Of a stretch of 64,000 nucleotides of DNA, positions 61,895 to 64,000 are shown in pieces. The notes under the pieces are model-generated. The model was not told the origin of the DNA and ran no database searches. It saw only the letters and a list, made by a program, of their open reading frames with translations. Position 1 is the first letter of the stretch, and every line of letters begins with the position of its first letter. This stretch comes from Prorocentrum cordatum. Lineage: Eukaryota. The translations under genes and the position numbers were made by a program. The stretch is from positions 62,001 to 126,000 of the forward strand of contig CAUYUJ010000226.1 in NCBI GenBank assembly GCA_963575745.1, given 5' to 3'.

Positions 61895-62225
61895 TCGGCA
61901 CACCCATCACACGGTACTTGCGTGGCTCGACAGGGAGCTCCATGGAAGGCCCCAGTGGCAGCGCCTGCATGCGGTTCCACCCCGATTTCGATGCACTCCT
62001 CACACGGTGCGTGGCTCCATAGGGAGCTCCACCGGAGGCCGCAATGACAGCGCCCGCATGCAGTTTCACTTTCCATTTTGGCGAACCCCTCACACGCTTC
62101 GTGGACCCATATGGAGCTCCACCGAAGGCCCCAGTGGCAGCGCACGCATGCGCTTCCACCCCGATCCTTTGCACCCCTCTCTCGCTTCGTGGCCCCATAG
62201 GGAGCTCCACCGAAGGCCCCCGTGG
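61895..62225. repeat. ~100-bp tandem repeat with a further copy at ~62915-63010
   Basis: CGTGG..CCATAGGGAGCTCCACCGAAGGCCCCAGTGGCAGCGC units. Confidence 0.75.
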
Positions 62226-62371
62226 CCCATGTTGCTGCCCCCGCCGCCTTCATTCCCTACCTAGGCTCTGCCTAGAGGGTTCTTACTCTCTTTCTTAAAG
62301 GGGCCGGGCAGTGCGCACAGCCCCGGGCGGTTCCCCCAGTATCCGCCCCGCGGTTCCCCCAGTTACGTCCC

Positions 62372-62820
62372 CTTAGCTTAGCGTTGCTCATCTCATCTTA
62401 GCTTAGCGTATTTCATCTTAGCTTAGCCTAGCTTCATGGTAGCTCCGGTTTATCTTAGTTTAGCTTACCTTCATCTTAGCTTCGTTGAGCTTTAGCATAG
62501 CAGAGCGCAGCATAACATAGCATAGCGTAGCATAGCATAGCGGAGCACAGCATATCATAGCATAGCCCAGCATATCATAGCATAGCGCAGCAAAGCATAG
62601 CACAGCACAGCATAGCATAGCATAGCGCAGCACAGCACAGCACAGCATAGCACAGCGCAGCATAGCATAGCATAGCAGAGCATAGCTTAGCATAGCACAG
62701 CGCAACATGACATAGCATAGCATAGCTTAGCATAGCATATCATATCATAACATATAAAATCATATCGCAGCATATCATAGCATAGCATAGCATAGCAGAG
62801 CGCAGCATAGCATGGCATAT
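62372..62820. repeat. (CTTAG)n then (GCATA)n pentamer satellite
   Basis: Direct inspection. Confidence 0.9.
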
Positions 62821-64000
62821 CACAAAATGGCATAGCAACTCATGCTGCTTTCCTAGGGGCTCCAACTTCTAGGTAGGGTCGCACTGGGGTAATTTTATTT
62901 CCCGTGCGATGCTCGAAGACCGCAGTGGCAGCACCCGCATGTCGGCCCCGCCACTTCTCGGCACACCCTTCACGCGCTTCGGTGGCTCCATGAGGAGATC
63001 CACCGAAGATGATACAATGGCGATACTCACAACTGCATATGTTTGGGCCTTCGCCAGGCTAATTCCGATGTTCTGCCCCAGTGGTGCCCTGGGGCTGAAT
63101 CAAGGTCCACCTCAGGGGTAAGAGGTCGGGACCTCTGGGGGTCCGACGCTGTGACAAAAGATACGAGTGGAGGAAGAGGGACGGTGAAGCAAGAGAGGCG
63201 AGTATGAGAATGAGTGAGGGGGTGGAGGAGGAGGAGGAGGAGGAGGAGGAGGAGGAGGGCGAGGAACATGGAGGATAGACGGGTGGAGGATACAGGCGCG
63301 ATGGAGGATGAGGAGGGCGGAGGTTGGAGGAGGATAGAGGTCGAAGAGATGTTGGAGGGTGGTGATTGGCGTATGTACAAGCGACGTGTTCTATCTAAAG
63401 CACCTCAGGGCTTGGCAGCGCATTGTGAGAGAAATTCGGCTCCAGCTTCGAGGTTCGGTCTCGACACGAGATATTCGTATTCAGAGCAGACCCCCCCCAC
63501 TCATACACCCGCGGTTCCGAAGATCCCGGGCAGACAGTTGCTTGCGGCAAACTGAGGGAAGCCCCGCCGTCGTGCCAGCGCAGCAACGACACACATGCAC
63601 ACACACACTTATACAGGTGTGTGTATACATACATGCACATATGTGTATATATAATAATAATGTGTATACCTATATGTGTGTAAATGTTGTATTTATGTAT
63701 ACAGATTACATGTGTGTATGCAGGGCGGCCCTAGCAGTGTCTACGAACCAGCAATGTCTACGAACAGGGCTGCCGCGGCGGCTACGTGGCGCTGTCGCGT
63801 GGCGTAGCCATAGCGTTGCGTGGTTGGTGCGGTGTGGGCATGCGTGCAGGCTCCTTCTCGTGTGATGGGGGGCTCCGTTGGGGGCCTCCCAGGGGGCCTC
63901 CTCCGGGGCCATCTTGCCGAGGCGGTGGGGGGGGGGGGGGCATCGAAGGCCGCCTTGGGCGAGATGGTTCTGCCGAGCTCTCCCGCAGAGGCTCGGTTGG

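Noticed and set aside
62372..62490. TTAG-containing repeats as telomere
   Set aside because: Unit is CTTAG merging into GCATA, not TTTAGGG, and is internal.

Overview
GC-rich, repeat-saturated eukaryotic DNA, most consistent with a dinoflagellate (inference from GC/GA splice donors, multi-kb introns and (GAG/CCT)n load; species not determinable). Almost all ORFs in the supplied track are microsatellite artefacts. Real content: (1) six small exons of one + strand EamA/DMT (WAT1-like) transporter gene spread over ~38.5 kb (846-39394), joined by phase-0 introns with GT, GA and GC donors; (2) an intact 7085-bp Ty1/Copia LTR retrotransposon (9000-16084) inside one intron, with identical 158-bp LTRs, CTCTT TSD, PBS, PPT and one uninterrupted Gag-PR-IN-RT-RNaseH ORF. 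The element has two unusual additions: a stop-free -1 frame over the whole leader and gag ending in a ZZ-like Cys cluster plus basic tail, and a post-RNaseH transmembrane + SAP-like extension bounded by a direct repeat and GT..AG sites; (3) several short non-autonomous element families, two sharing related ends and 5-bp TSDs; (4) many tandem and simple repeats. All calls are by eye; no searches were run.
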